This document shows positions 1-15,504 of a stretch of DNA of 64,000 nucleotides, in pieces (within the stretch, counting starts at the first letter, position 1; every line of letters begins with the position of its first letter). The stretch is from assembly GCF_009914755.1 (NCBI RefSeq), contig NC_060931.1; one strand, 5' to 3'. The translations under genes were made by a program, and so were the position numbers. A model generated the notes under the pieces. It saw only the letters and a list, made by a program, of their open reading frames with translations, had not been told where the DNA came from and ran no database searches. The DNA comes from the human T2T-CHM13v2.0 reference genome, Homo sapiens.

Positions 1-972
1 TGTTTCTTACATGAATTGTTTAGGCCTGTTCTAATAACTATTCTTTGTTCATTATGTTGCATTTTAACCTAATAATCCCATTAATGTTAATGGGAACTGC
101 CAAGTTAAAACCCATGGAAGCAAATTAATATGCCCTGCAGTCCTTGGACATGACTTTGATACATTTTATATTATTAGTCTCATTCACAGAAGGATTTTAT
201 GTTGTTATAAATAGACATAATGAGACTGGATGCCTTCAGCAAAAGGGGAATGAGAAAGCTAGCTTGTTGGTTGTTAATTTAGGAACTGTAGAGAGCCAAT
301 CCAGAAAATTCAAAAAGAAAGTTCACAGAACATTATGGAGTGACTCAGTGCATTTGTAAAATGTCAGGCTTTCTGCCTATGATTTGGGCTGGAACTCCCA
401 CACCTCCAGAGAGTGTGACCCTCCTCTGGGTACTTTCAAAGAATGCTTGCAGCCCCACTCTGTACTAAGGTCACCATGTACTTTTCCGTTTCTCCAAATA
501 GGATGAGAACCATTCAAAGGTCTTCATGTGATTTAATTGCTTTTATACATTATTGGATCTAGGGCTTAGCTAAGATATAGTAGGCTCCTCATGCAGGCTA
601 AGAAGAATCTGACCTTCAGAGTGATATTTTTGAGTCTTTGATTAACAGGAATTCAGAGAACAGACTTGGGGGCTGTGGAAGCAGAGCTCGTGGTGTCCAC
701 CTCTCATCTGGTAGACCCCACACAATGCAAGCAAAATACAAGCCAGAAAGTAACTGCTTTCTCCTAAGGAGGCGCTTTAGCAACATGTGAATGTTGTCAC
801 TGGACCATGTTCTGAGCCAACTGCCTACTAATACTGCTCAAACCCACCAGCACACCTCTGGCCTTGCAGCCCATTCTGGAAAACATCACTGAGTCGTGTC
901 TCTTCTTCTCTTTTCCTTTTTTGTTTTCATCTCTTTTCTTGTCTTCTCATGTTATTTCCCTTCATTTCCTTT

Positions 973-1203
973 TTTTTTTTATTTATTATTATACTTTAAG
1001 TTTTAGGGTACATGTGCACATTGTGCAGGTTAGTTACATACGTATACATGTGCCATGCTGGTGTGCTGCACCCACTAACTCGTCATCTAGCATTAGGTAT
1101 ATCTCCCAATGCTATCCCTCCCCCATCCCCCCACCCCACTACAGTCCCCATAGGTGGGAAATGAACAATGAGATCACATGGACACAGGAAGGGGAACATC
1201 ACA
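973..1203 (-). mobile_element. Very short L1PA2-like 3' fragment with 5' inversion (twin priming)
   Basis: Poly-T plus antisense L1 3'UTR to 1150 (GACGAGTTAGTGGG, the GAG state). Sense L1 segment 1149-1204. 15-bp TSD cccttcatttccttt at 958-972 and 1204-1218. Confidence 0.9.
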
Positions 1204-1584
1204 CCCTTCATTTCCTTTATTGGAAAGATGAGATAAAAAGCAGGCAAGGAAAATAAAAGGACAAGGTCTCCAGACAAAGAGGTGGTGATTCAAACACCAG
1301 ACCCCGCCATGTGTGTACCACTCTGCAATGTGCTGACTGCTTCACTACTTGGTCTTATTTAACCTCCAGGAAGGAATGATTTCCCTATTTTTAACAACAA
1401 AGAGAGTAGGTATTGCTATTCGTTTCCACCTTAACCTGACACGATGAGCTGACACAGATGGTAAATTGCACCATGGCAGTAGGTTGGCAGCTCAGCAGAC
1501 CCGGCTCCCAGCGGAAAACGTGAGAATTCAGGAGGAGCAAGGCTGGAAGAAGCATTGGAGCTGTTTGTGGGAGTGCTTCTCTTG

Positions 1585-2580
<996 letters not shown>

Positions 2581-2727
2581 GGACAACACTCTTTATCCAT
2601 TAAATACTATCTAATGCATCAGTAGCCACTGACTGTCCAACACAAGTAATATGTGAATATCTCTCTAAATTTGTGAAAATAAATTCACTTTGTGGATTTT
2701 TTTTTAATTATTATTTTAAAATTACCA

Positions 2728-3027
<300 letters not shown>

Positions 3028-3049
3028 TTAAAATTACCAATAATATATA

Positions 3050-3260
3050 GATAGTATTTACTATGTGCCAGGCCATATTCCAAGTTTAATATATTAATTT
3101 AATCTTTATAACAATCTTTGAGGTAAATACCATCACACAGCTATTTTACACATGCAAAACTAAAGTGTGGGGAGGTGAAGGGACTTGCCAGAAGCCATAC
3201 AGCTAACAGGCAGTGGAGCTGGGTTTCAGGCCCAGGCATCCAGCCCAGAGCTGCTATTTT
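3050..3260. mobile_element. MIR SINE fragment
   Basis: MIR-like motifs: tactatgtgccagg, ttttacacatgcaaaactaaag, ggtgaagggacttgcc, cacagct. Confidence 0.6.
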
Positions 3261-5551
3261 TTGGTGACCAGTGTGGTCCTGCCCCACACTGGAGGACTTT
3301 CCAAAGCTTGCAAACCCTGTCTAGTTTATTTCTGGTGTCTTTTTAAGAACTTACAAAAGTTGCAGTAGTTTGAATCCTTGAAAGAAAGAGATAAATTTGG
3401 GTAAAAATCATTAACCTTTATGGAAATAAATATAGGATCAAAAAACTGCACTTTTTATATACTGATATACTTGGTGTAAATGATATATATCTTCTAAGTA
3501 TATATGTAATATTAATATCCACTGTGATATACATATATCTCATTACATGATGTATATTACATATAAAACACATAATCACAATCATTACAAAAATAGGTAT
3601 TTTCAAAAAATAGGTAGTTTCATCTTTTTGTCTTTTAATATAAGATATTTTTACTTATAGAAAAAACATTAAAAATAATTTTTAAAAATTCTTGCTCATA
3701 CAACCTAGATTTTTAAAATATTAGCATTTTACTGTATTTACTTTAGATCATTCCTTTTCTTCCTGTCTTTCTCCTTTCATCCATTTCTTCTTTCTTTACT
3801 TCCTTTTTTTTCCTTTGAAAAAATAAAATGTTGCATACACAGATGAGTTTCATCACCCAACTTATTCACCCTTTCTAGAGTTACCTGAAGGGGTGTATTT
3901 ACTTTTTGGATATTTTGTTCCTTTACTGCATGTTTGTATAAGTTTAATAATATAGAATACTGTTTTGTTGTGACTTTTTGATTTTCCAAGATTGGTGTAT
4001 GTGTGTTTGTCTGTATCTAAAATTCCTATTTTCCTACTTTAATTTTAATCCCCACCAGGTACACTTGGGGTCATTGTAGACATATGTCCCTACTGCAGCC
4101 ATGGGTGGGCACCCAGTTTTTTAATGCATCTCACTTTCCTGCTACAAGGCTGGAAGGTCAAGCCCCTATTCCTATATAACCCACATTCTCTTCCTACTCC
4201 TGGCCCCTCATAATTCAGTAGCACTAGGTCTTCAACTCTCAAGTCTGGTTTTAAAGGACTTTATTTCTGGCACCTCAACTTCTCTTTCTTTCTCTTGAAC
4301 CCAGCCATGGATTTTAGTTTTGGTTTTGTCATTAGATTTTATCCAGCATATTTATGTATTGTGAACAGGAGATATTTTGTAGTAGCTCATTTTACTATGT
4401 TACTGGAAACAAGGTCATGTTTCCATTTTTGCAGATGTAAAAATTGAGGCTTGGGGTGATTTGGCAACTTCCCTGAAGGTGTTGGAACAAGCCACACTGG
4501 CCTTTAGCACTGGAGCACAGCTCTGCCTCCAAAGTCCATGTTCTTTCCTCCCTCCCTGCACCTGTTACAAATTGCCTCATTTTAAAGGTTAAATGGTGGT
4601 AGTTTATTTCAATTCTGTCACTCTTCCCAAAGCAATACAAGTGGGAATATGTCATTTCAGCTTTCCTAACACCAATGCAGAAAACATAAATGGACACATG
4701 CCAGAGGATTATTTTATGTTAATTCCAATTTGGGGGTTTAATGATGGGGTTTTAATACTCCTCTCAAGGAGAAAAATCTGCTAAGAGACAAGTAAAGGTT
4801 GAGGATTGAAGTCCAGGACTTCTTCTGCCAGATCCCTCCACACACACTTTCTCCATCCCCAGATGCACAGTCAGAGGCACTTTCTGCCGAGACCTGCATC
4901 AGTTTCCCCATGTCCCCCATGGTTTGCTTCACACATGCTGCTGACTGCCACAGCTTCCCACACTGGAAGTGTGATTTCTGCCCAAGTGCCTACAGCTTCC
5001 TGGATTAGTCTTAGAGGGCCTTGACTCTGACTGACTTTAGCGCTCACTTAAAGCTCATGAAATGTAACCTACTTCTTTCAGTTGAAGAGTTTTCTTTGAA
5101 AAACCATCCTGAAGAAAACCCACGGGGAATGGTCAAGTGACTCAGACTTGTTTAATTTTATTTTGGTAAGCCAGAGCCAGTGCTGGTCTTTGAAAATTAC
5201 AAAAACACATACATACATCCAAGGATGAAAAAAGATTCAGTTCAGATTAAGCCCAACTTTATCGATTCTCATTAATGGGTCAGGTACTGTGCTAATTAGA
5301 AATGTGCCACACACTTTTATTTGGGAGAGTGCCTTGCATGATCCTTGGAGATATTCCTCTTCTTGTTAGGACAATCAATGTCCAAGTAATTCATTCCTCC
5401 ATCCAAATGCCCATCCTCCCATCTATCCCTCAAATACTTAGGGTCTACCATGTGTCAGAAAACATCTCTTAGTAACCCCTAATGTTAAGTTGTTTCCCTG
5501 GCCTACTCAGGGTCCATATCCTTCCCAAAAATCCTTCTAGAAGTTGATTTC

Positions 5552-5930
5552 TGTATTAGTTTTCACAGACTGCCTTTAGAAAATACCACAGACTGGGTGT
5601 TTTAAACAGCGGAAATTTATTTCTGACAGTTCTAGACACTGGAGATCCAAGACCCGGGGGTGGGCAGTGTTGGCTTCTCCTGACACCTCTCTCCTCAGCT
5701 TGCAGATGCCGTCCACTCTCTGTGTCCTCACACGGCTTTTCCTCCATGCATGCACACCCGTGATGGCTCTTTCTCTCGGAACGACAACAGTCCTATTAGA
5801 TTAAGGCCCCACCTTATGACCTCATGTAACCTAAATTACCACTCTAAAGGCCTTATCTCCACACACTGTCACTTTGGAGTTCAGACTTCAGCACATGAAT
5901 TTTTGGAGGAAGATAATTGAGTTCCTAAAA
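5552..5930 (-). mobile_element. MaLR solo LTR, MLT1B-like
   Basis: tgtattagttt...aaataccacagactgg...ttctgacagttct...catgaatttttggagg, the MLT1 pattern in reverse orientation. Confidence 0.75.
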
Positions 5931-8329
5931 ATAAGATTTCTATTTTTGTTTTGTCCCCTACCACAAACTGATTAGGATTCATTTTTTTAAATGTTATAGA
6001 GCTCCTTGACGTCTATGTGCCTCACTGCTTTTCATATTGGAGAGTAACTTTACACCCTAGCACTTTTACTGTGAATTCAATAAGATTTCAGTTACGATAA
6101 GAGCTTGCAGCTTCCTTGAACAGGAGAGAAGGAAAGAAATTAGTTTTAGAGGAAAAAAGAGTGTAGTTGGTCCTGAGTGTAGGCTGGCAATGGGGGTGGG
6201 GGGGTTAATAGACCATACCACACAGCACAGACAGCACAGCTCTAGAAGACATGTGCAAGGGAAGAAAACTTGTCAAAAACAGCTAAGACAGAAACAGGGA
6301 AGCCAGGACTAGCTGCCCTAGGTGTGCAGCCTCACTTGGCAGGCTGGGCTGCTGTGGAGTCAGGGAAAGACAGCATGTGAAAGGGGGCTCCTGCAGCCTC
6401 TGCTTCTGGATCATGAGTCAGCAGCATGGACTCATAATCCAAACCCAATTACAGCAAACCCCCTGTGCTTTCTGCTTGATAATTTGTTAAAAGGCTATAG
6501 ATTGAGCTCTCAGCCTTGTTAACTGACCAGGTAAAAAACTGTGGCCTGCAAATATGTCTTCATCACATGCTAACTTTGGACAGAATCCATTTGAAAGTCA
6601 TGGTAGTTCAGGAAAGAAAAGACTCAAGTGTACTTGGGCAGCACCTCCAAAAAAGGGAACTGGGCATCTTGTTCTGACAATCTCTTTGGCAGTGACCCAA
6701 GGACAGTGTTCAGAGGGTTTGGGAAGAGCAAGACACCAGAAAAGATAACTAAAAGAAATACAACTCTCAAAAAAAGAAAAGAGTGAGATTGTACTTGAGC
6801 TCCCAGGACTGCTGGGGATAAACCCACAGGCTCACCTGGCTCTGAAGAAAAGCAGCCAAGGCAGAGAGCGGGTGAGTGCTCTCAGAGTCCCCAAGGCCGT
6901 AGGACGGGACCATAATGATCACTTGGCTTTGGACACCCAGTCAGGCACCCTGCACATATTAAGATGACCTCTCTACTCCAACAAATGCATATGATTATTC
7001 CTAATCCCGGAATCATCCTTGCAGCTGTTTTCTAATTCCGTAAGTTTGTAAAAAATAATTCGTTTGTGCATACGCGTGTTCTTGTTCCCACAGAAGAACC
7101 AAAAAAAGAAAGAAAAAACCCTCAAACTCTTTACCACACTGAATTGCAGGCCTGCCTGAGGTCACTGAGACAATAGAAATGGGAATTAATCCAGCAGCAG
7201 AGAAAGTTGCTGGCAGCAGGCGGGATGCAGATGGAAGAGATCAGACAAGCACTGGAACCCAGAGTCAGAAGAAAGGCTCAGATAGAGAGCACAGAAGTGA
7301 GGAAGACAACCAAGGAGGAGCGGGCCTGATGAAGTGCCTGGGCAGGAGACACTCCAGCAGAACTTAAGCCCCGCCCAGAGGGTGGAAAAAGGGATGCCAC
7401 GAACAAGGTGCACTCATCTCTTCCAGGTTTCCCAACAGCAAGCATTCCTCTGAGCTTAATGAATCTTTTTTAAACTTACTAAGTGTATTGAGTGTCCACT
7501 CCAGCAATCTGAGGCCATCTCAGTGGGAGTTGTAATGCCCCCACTACTTGCAGGTCTGCCCTACCAGGGGCCTGAGCTGCAAATGGGCTCCACACCAGCC
7601 TTGCTTCCAATGACAATATGCTAAGGACACCTGCAGAGAGGCCAAGTCTCCTGTCTGTCCAGCAAGAGGAAGCGCTCAGCTTCCAGAGGGTTGAATCTTT
7701 TCATCTTTTCTTTGCACCCAGCGCCTTATCTTTGCATCAACAGCAGTTAGTATTTAACACTTTGGAAAACTATAGTGCATCCCCATCCATAAGACCGTCT
7801 ATGATGCGGACAACTCCCACCCACCTCCCTCACCCACCTGCTCCCTGTATGCAGAAGTTACTTAATGCATGTCAGCCAACATGACGTGCACAATTGCTGT
7901 AGGAGTCTGTTGGTGGGGCAGGGCCGCTGCTTCTGTCTAAGTAAACTTCAACTGTCTTCCAGGATTTGGATGGGTACCCCAAGGACAAAGTGCTTGACTC
8001 AGCAGGGCAGAAGGAAAGAGCATAAGTTTCAAGTTAAACATTCTTGAGTTTGAATGCCAGCAAGTTAAATATGCTCTTACCCTAAATCCATTGCGGAGGA
8101 AATTAATAATAAGGGATGTAGGGATCTGCCTCCTGGTATGTAATAAAAAGTTGCAATTGTTAACGTTTACTGCTAGCCAGTTTTCCCAAAGCTTGTATTT
8201 TGATCCTCTCAGGCAAGACACACATTGAGGTAGATGATGCTTTACTTTTGAAAATCTCTGATCCTCTCACCACCAGAGTGGGCTGCCTATGACATAAAAA
8301 ACCATATAGAAAGAGCTACATAAACACAT

Positions 8330-9075
8330 ATACACAGATCTCCTCACACTCCGATCTATATACACAGACTTCATACACACATCCATGTACACAGACCTCC
8401 TCACACTCACATCCATGTACACCTCCTCACACACACATCAATATACACAGACCTCCTTACACTCAGATCCATATACACAGACCTCCTCACACACACATCA
8501 ATATACACAGACCTCCTTACACTCAGATCCATATACACAGACCTCCTCACACACACATCAATATACACAGACCTCCTTACACTCAGATCCATATACACAG
8601 ACCTCCTCACACACACATCAACATACACAGACCTCCTTACACTCAGATCCATATACACAGACCTCCTCACACTCACATCCATATACACAGACCTCCTCAC
8701 ACTCACATCCATGTACACAGACCTCCTCACACAAGATTCATATACACAGACCTCCTCACACTCACATCCATATACACAGACCTCCTCACACACACATCAA
8801 TATACACAGACCTCCTCACTCAGATCCATATACACAGACCTCCTCACACACACATCCATATACACAGACCTCCTCACACTCACATCCATGTACACAGACC
8901 TCCTCACACAAGATTCATATACACAGACCTCCTCACACTCACATCCATATACACAGACCTCCTCACACACACATCAATATACACAGACCTCCTTACACTC
9001 AGATCCATATACACAGACCTCTTCACACTCAGATCCCTATACACAGACCTCCTTACACACTTATCCATATGCAGC
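8330..9075. repeat. Minisatellite/VNTR, ~30-bp unit (cacatccatatacacagacctcctcacact), ~24 copies
   Basis: Directly visible tandem units; a near-exact 60-bp period is seen in lines 8461-8640. Confidence 0.95.
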
Positions 9076-9474
9076 AACCTGCTCCCACGCAGGCAGAATG
9101 GGTCACACCTTTTCACACCTCCATTGGAGATGGCCCATAGCCCTTATCCCACCTAAGGCTAACATCAGGATCCAAGTTCCTGAAGTTGCAGCACCTCATT
9201 CTCTAAAGTGATTATGGAGTTCCATAAAACCTATTGTTGAGCTTAGTATTCTCCTTAAAATGTGTAATGAACATTATCAATTAAAAATATTATCTGGATG
9301 GCAGAGGTTACACTGTTCATTTTTTGCCAACCCCACAGAGCCCTACAGTTATCCTATCATTCATAAACATGTGTTATTTGTCATAAAATTTTCATAACAT
9401 CACAGGCTTTTGTATTCATATTATTTTTGACAATCGTAAATAGAAATGAACATCTTTTAAAATCAAAGAGATAT

Positions 9475-9650
9475 ACCTTCAAATCTTGCTTTCTCCACTT
9501 TCTAATTATTTGACTTTTGTGATCCTGTTTCCTCATCTAGAAAATGGAAATGATAACAACTGCTTCAGCTTCACAAAAGGCTGTGACCAAAAATTGAGAT
9601 CATGTGTGTGAAATTCCCTACACAGTTCTTGTTACAGAGTAGGCAACTAT
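9475..9650. mobile_element. MIR fragment
   Basis: MIR core-like sequence ctgtttcctcatctagaaaatggaaatgataac...ttcacaaaaggctgtga. Confidence 0.6.
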
Positions 9651-12600
9651 CAAACCAAAGTTCTTTTGAGACACAGAGGAATGAGAACATTAACGTTTAC
9701 TCTCTCTCCTCAAGCATTATGTTCTGTAGGGTCTCATTTTAGCACTAGATCTCTCATAACTAAAATTAAATCGGAACAATTAATTACATTTCCTTCTGTG
9801 ATGAATTAGTATAGTCTGATTTCTGAGGCAGTAAATGGAAACTATAACATAGAAGAGGAATTTAATTATTTAAATGAATGTCATTGTACCTGTACCAGCT
9901 TATGAAGTAAGAAGAATTAAGTGAGAATAAAAGAATTAAGTAAGAAGAAAAGCATAAACAGTAGAGAGAATCCAAGGAGAGGAAGTAATTGGAGGAAGAA
10001 AACACACTAAATGTGTGTTACCAGTGCCAGGGGCTACCTCCCATGGGAAGACAAATATTTCTTTTCCAATTTCAGTATTTTACCCCATACAGCCATTTCT
10101 CCCACGCTTGTGTACTTCAGAATATGAGCAGTGGAGTTCTGTGGTTGCTCTCCCGAAATGACCTCATGTGAGGGAAACGAGTAAGGTGCAGTGGAACAAC
10201 AAGCAGAGATGGTGTGTATGAGTGGTTGGTCCTGCCACCCTTCTTGCTGCACCTAGAGCCATTTTCTGACCCTACTACATTTCAGACCATATAGGTGCCC
10301 CAGTCCAGAGAGAAAGAAAGGTAGAAGGAGACTCTTCAAAGGCAGGCATACATTTAGATTTTCTGCTCTGGTACCCAGACACATGGGTGTGATAGTGCCT
10401 ATGATTTCTTTTCCTTATGTTTTTTAGCTTTGGCTATGTCATAATCATTATTTCAGGTACTTTGCATGAATACTCTCATTTAATCCTCAAAACTATCCTG
10501 TATGTTGGTGTTCTATCCCCATATTATAGGAGGAAAACCGATGCTCAGAAAATTCAAGTCCCTTGAGTTGAATTCAGGCTTTCAGACTTAAAGACCCATG
10601 CATTTGTATTCACTTCAACCTTGCATCAATTTCAGTGCCCAGTCTTTATATTTTCATCTGTGACTGGTTGCATTCCCTGATTTCTCTCCAGTATCCACTT
10701 TTCTTCAAGACCTCAACTCCACTTGGCACCACCTCCTGTTCCTTAACAATTGTAAAGATACACCCCAACCCCAAGTATTTCTGAGTGCACTCTTCCCCAT
10801 CTCTACACACTGCCAGCTTCTAGACCCAATCCTCCAACTGCCTGCTGGAAACTCATAAATGGAATCCTGTGTGATGTAGCAAACAACACCTTCCACAATT
10901 TTCCAACTGGAAATATAGCAGCAAGTTCCATGCCTTTCAGTAAGTAAATTATACACAATGATACCATTATGACACAAACCAAAAATGCAAGTAAGACAGT
11001 CTAGTTTGGCAGAGGGCCCAGTTCACCATTTCCCAAGCATGCCACCCCCTTGTGGTCTGACTTAATCCAACAGTCAAATGGGGGTAGCTAGAGGAATGGG
11101 CAAACTGAGAGTCTTCAAACCATCATCTGTGAATATGGACATGTACCCCTACGTGGAAAATACATGGCAAAGAGTTTGAGATTATGTTCCCTGACAAGAA
11201 TCTGGGGAAAAGAAATTCCATGTTGCTGCCTAAGGCTACATCCATATGTTAGAATAGAATTCAGACCAGTATCTAAATCTTATCTTCACCAGTGTTTGAA
11301 GGTATGTGGTCCTGGGAAAATTACAGTGGGGGAAGGTAAAGGAGGGGAGTAACACTCCCCATGCCATGCCTTTATGGTTTGAGTGATAAAATGAAAGTAG
11401 TAAAATTTACATCATGCAGTTCTTTAGAAGCCTAAATAAGCTCATGTAAGCAAATGTATATAGCTAATGACTGACATACACCAAGCCCTTGATGGGAAAC
11501 TGTTGACTCCAAATCGGAACCCCAGTCTTATGACTGAAGCACCAATTCATCTCATTTACCCAGGGGGAGCCAGTCAGACCTCTTACAACAGATTTTTTTT
11601 TAACTGCAGAGTTTCATGCTAGCTTGGGGTGATGCATTGCACAGCAGGGGACATTTCCATTGGAAATTTTCATAATAAATCACTTCTGCCAACATGACAT
11701 TGACCAGTGCAAGTGAAAACTGTTCCCTTTTGCTTTCTCTGAGAACCTTACCTAGTAAAAGTTATAATTAAGGAAGTTGCGGACAGGAGATCAATTGAGA
11801 GGAGTCATGGTTGGAATTATTAATAATGCGCTATCAGCAGAGTGTCTTTGTCACTCAGTAGGCATCTTCATCCCACAAAAAGATGAGCGGGAAACTCCAA
11901 GAAGCAGCCAAACACTAGCAAAGCAGCTTTCTTTGCTCTTATGGCACCGGCCGACAGCGGGATGGAAGGTGAGACATGGGCCATTTCCTCAAGAAAGACA
12001 GAAAGCAGTCAGAATCCAGGGCCAACCTCCTGGAAACACTCTAATTTCCCCCATCCCCATGAGGCAACCCAGAGAAGACACATGGCAGCAAGCCTGCTGG
12101 GCAGGAAAACATGGCCACCAAGGGCTTTCCTCACTGTCTTCACTCTGCCACCTTTAAGCAGTTACGCCCCGAATCATTTACTCTTATCAACTTCTTCATT
12201 GACCACCAGTGTGTTTTGTATACATCACTTTCCACTTTTCTTGAACATGTTATCATAATTCTTCCATCAGTTCTTTGGAGTACTTGCTTGAGTAATTAAT
12301 TTCAGAAATTGTAAATGGCAGCTAATAGTTTTTGAGTTCTTGCTAATCCTAAAATATTTTCTTCTGATGTCACTAGTGAATAATAACTTGGATGGATATG
12401 AAATTTTAGGATTAAAATCCAGCTTTCTTTAGAAATTTGAGTATTGATCTGTTGCCCTAAGGCATTTGGTGCTAAGGATGATAAGGCTGGAGATACTGAC
12501 TTTTTTCATGTTACTTGGTGACATATTTTTCTTTTGAATTAGAAACTTGTGGGATTTTCTTTTAATTTTAAAATTCTGGAATTCTCCTGATGTATGACAT

Positions 12601-13634
12601 ATCTATGTATGTGATTCCCTTCAATATATTCCAATCGTCCTTAAATGAGCCCTTCTGACATGAACTCATCTACATTTCTTTAGTAGGCATTTTTTTATTT
12701 TTTTATTTTTTGCTTTATTGCTTCCTTTCTGTATCCTCTGTTCTCTCACTTTGGAGCTCCTTTCAAATGGACACCATGCCCAATATATTACATTTATCCA
12801 CATACACTTAAGGGATATACAAAAAGTACCCCTGAGTTTCATTCACAGGCTGAGGTTTACCAAAAACTGTCCTAAATCATTATTTCATTTTTCTGCAAAG
12901 TTCATTAAACTCCATGGTTTTTCTAATTTTACTAATCACAAGTTGGAATAACAAGAATTCTTTCTTGCTTTCAACATTCTAGTTATTTTCATTCTTCATA
13001 GCTGCTTGTTCTTGTTATCTGGGTGCCACACTCTATAAATCTCACTGAGAGTAATAACTGTTTTTTACTACTTTTGGATAGTTTCTTTCCATTTGATCAG
13101 TCTAGCTTGCTTCTTCTAAGTTGTTGATTCTCCTAAAGTGATGAGGGATTCTTTTCTTGTGTAAATGCATATAGAGGTCTGGTTTGATCAGAACCCCTCT
13201 CGCTGCTGGCCACCTCAGGTTCCTCTTCTACATAGTCTGGCATCACAGTCCCCACAGGGTGCTCATCCTCTCAACAACCCACTAGGCCAGAGTCCCATCT
13301 CCACATGCAGGGCTTTCAGAGACCCTAGTGTTGCACCCTGGTCACTGTCTTACAAGCTCTCATGTGTCCAGCCCCTGCTGGTGATTTGTGGAGCTACCAG
13401 AGAGGTTGTCATTGTTGGGAAGTAGAGCAGGCATTGCTTTGGAGACGGGACTATTTAGACTATGTAACCTCTGAGCTGAATCTAATAATAGTGGCCTGAG
13501 GTTGCACAAGGTATTCTTCCTTCCCTATATGGCTGTGCTGCTCATGTTTCTGCCACCCCACAAATCCGCACCTTATGTAGCAAGAAAAGTGAAATATGGG
13601 TATGAGAGCTGCTTGCAGGTTGAAAATTCATATT

Positions 13635-14012
13635 TGTGCTAGTCAGCTTCAGCTACCATCACAAACAACCACAAGCTGGCTGGTTTAAGCAATAGAACTT
13701 CATTTCTCACAGTTCTGGAGGCAGGGAAGTCAAAGATCAAGGTACAGGCTGATTCGGTTCCCCAATAAGGGCTTTTTCTGGTTTGCAGATGGCTGCCTTC
13801 TCCCTGTGTCCACACATGGTGGAGATTGGGAGAAAGCAAGCTCTCTGGTGACTCTTTGTATAAGGGTTGTAGCCTCATCATGAGGGCACTACCCTCACAA
13901 CCTCATCTCAACATAATTAGCTCCCAAAGGCCCATCTGCAAGTGCCGTCACTTTGGGTGATGAAATTCAATTCAACATATGAATTTTAGGAGAACACAAG
14001 CAAGCCTAGAGC
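13635..14012 (-). mobile_element. MaLR solo LTR, MLT1A-like
   Basis: tttctcacagttctggaggcagggaagtcaaagatcaagg...caacatatgaattttaggag. Confidence 0.75.
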
Positions 14013-15504
14013 AATATCCATCTCTGCTTTTTGAGTAATCGTGCTGAGGCACATTCTTGTTGCTATGATTTTGAAGGTGTTTCTGTCCACTATTTAAAAA
14101 GCTGGTCTTTGTCCCACATTTCCTCAGTGGGTTAGTAGGACACTGTTGGCTTATTCTGGAAGATCAACCCTGATCAGTATTTTTCTGTCCCAAGGCACCA
14201 CGAGGGAGTCAGCTGGCCTGTGATCTACTCATCCCTCTGGGGGAAGGATGCCCTTGGGAAAGAATAGAAGACAGCATACCATCCAGTCCAATCTCTTTGG
14301 CAACTGTAATCTGGGTAAACATTTGCAAGGGGAAAGAGTACTTATCTACAGCATGCCCATAGCAGGATGTTCCCAGTACACAGCTAAGGGATAACCTAGA
14401 GTAAATACACACAGATTACCTGAGACCTGGCTCCTAGACAATGTCTCATAGGTACACAGTTGTCTGTAAGATGATCTGGAGATGTTCCATGACTCACATC
14501 CTCCTCCTGCTGTGGAAAGTATCCTGAAAACCTCACCTAGAGGCCTCATCTACTATTGTAGTCCAGAGGTGCATGTCCAAAGGAGGAAGGGAGGATGTGA
14601 AGAGCCTCCTTTGATGCCCCAAACTGCTCTTGCCTTTGTTTGAGCCTCCTGGTTGTCTGCATGCCTGACATTAGTCCCAGAGACCAACACTGGGAAACTG
14701 ATTTGTGTGAACCTCATTTGACAACTGGATCCCAGGGAGCTCCTCAACAGAATCAAAAGTTAACAGAAATTCTCAAAATGTATAGCCTATTGATGGCACT
14801 CTTTTCTGTTCTTTAGCACTTTTTAGGATATTTAGATATCATTTTTTATATTTGTTTGGTCTTGTCTCTGGGCTGTTTCGAGAGAGGAGCAGTTGAACTA
14901 TGGATTGAATGTGTCATATTGAAATTGGGGCCTCCCCCATGGTCTTTAATAAGTTCCATAACTTGTCCTCTGCTGGATGACAAAACAGTTCATTTCAAGT
15001 GAAAGCAGAATTTGTCACTTTTATCAGCACCATTTTTACTAGTCAGAAACCAGTGATATGAGTCAAAATGACACAGCCCTACAATGAACCAAAGATCAAA
15101 GAAATTTTTCATGCTGGAAGGCTTAACAGTGAAGTTCCTAGTGTAGACATAATATGTGCTCAGAAGAAGTCAGAAATGACAAACCAATAACTATGCACAA
15201 AATGACTTAGCAGGCAAGTGTGTCGTACCTAAAGGTCTGATTTCTTCCATGTTTCAGAACTTCCTCCAAGGGGATTACACCCTCTTAACACTCCTTTTAG
15301 TTTGTTATTTTTCCTGGAATCCTTGAGGCAGAGCGGCACTCTGGCCATCCATATGGTGAAATAAAATCAGAGGGAACTCCTTGCAGGATCTGTGACATGG
15401 GAGAAGTTACTTCATTCATTTCAAGGAGCAACGCATTACTGGATACCTGCCAATGCATTACATGCTTTACACACATCTTTTTTTGTTTCCTTTCTGTGTT
15501 TTAA

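Noticed and set aside
8330-9075. Possible CRISPR-like array (30-bp repeats)
   Set aside because: There are no unique spacers or cas genes, and the context is primate DNA; it is a plain minisatellite.
8385-9211. 251-aa, 166-aa and 128-aa ORFs with repetitive His/Thr-rich peptides
   Set aside because: They are translations of the 30-bp VNTR; a unit length divisible by 3 and without stops explains the open frames.
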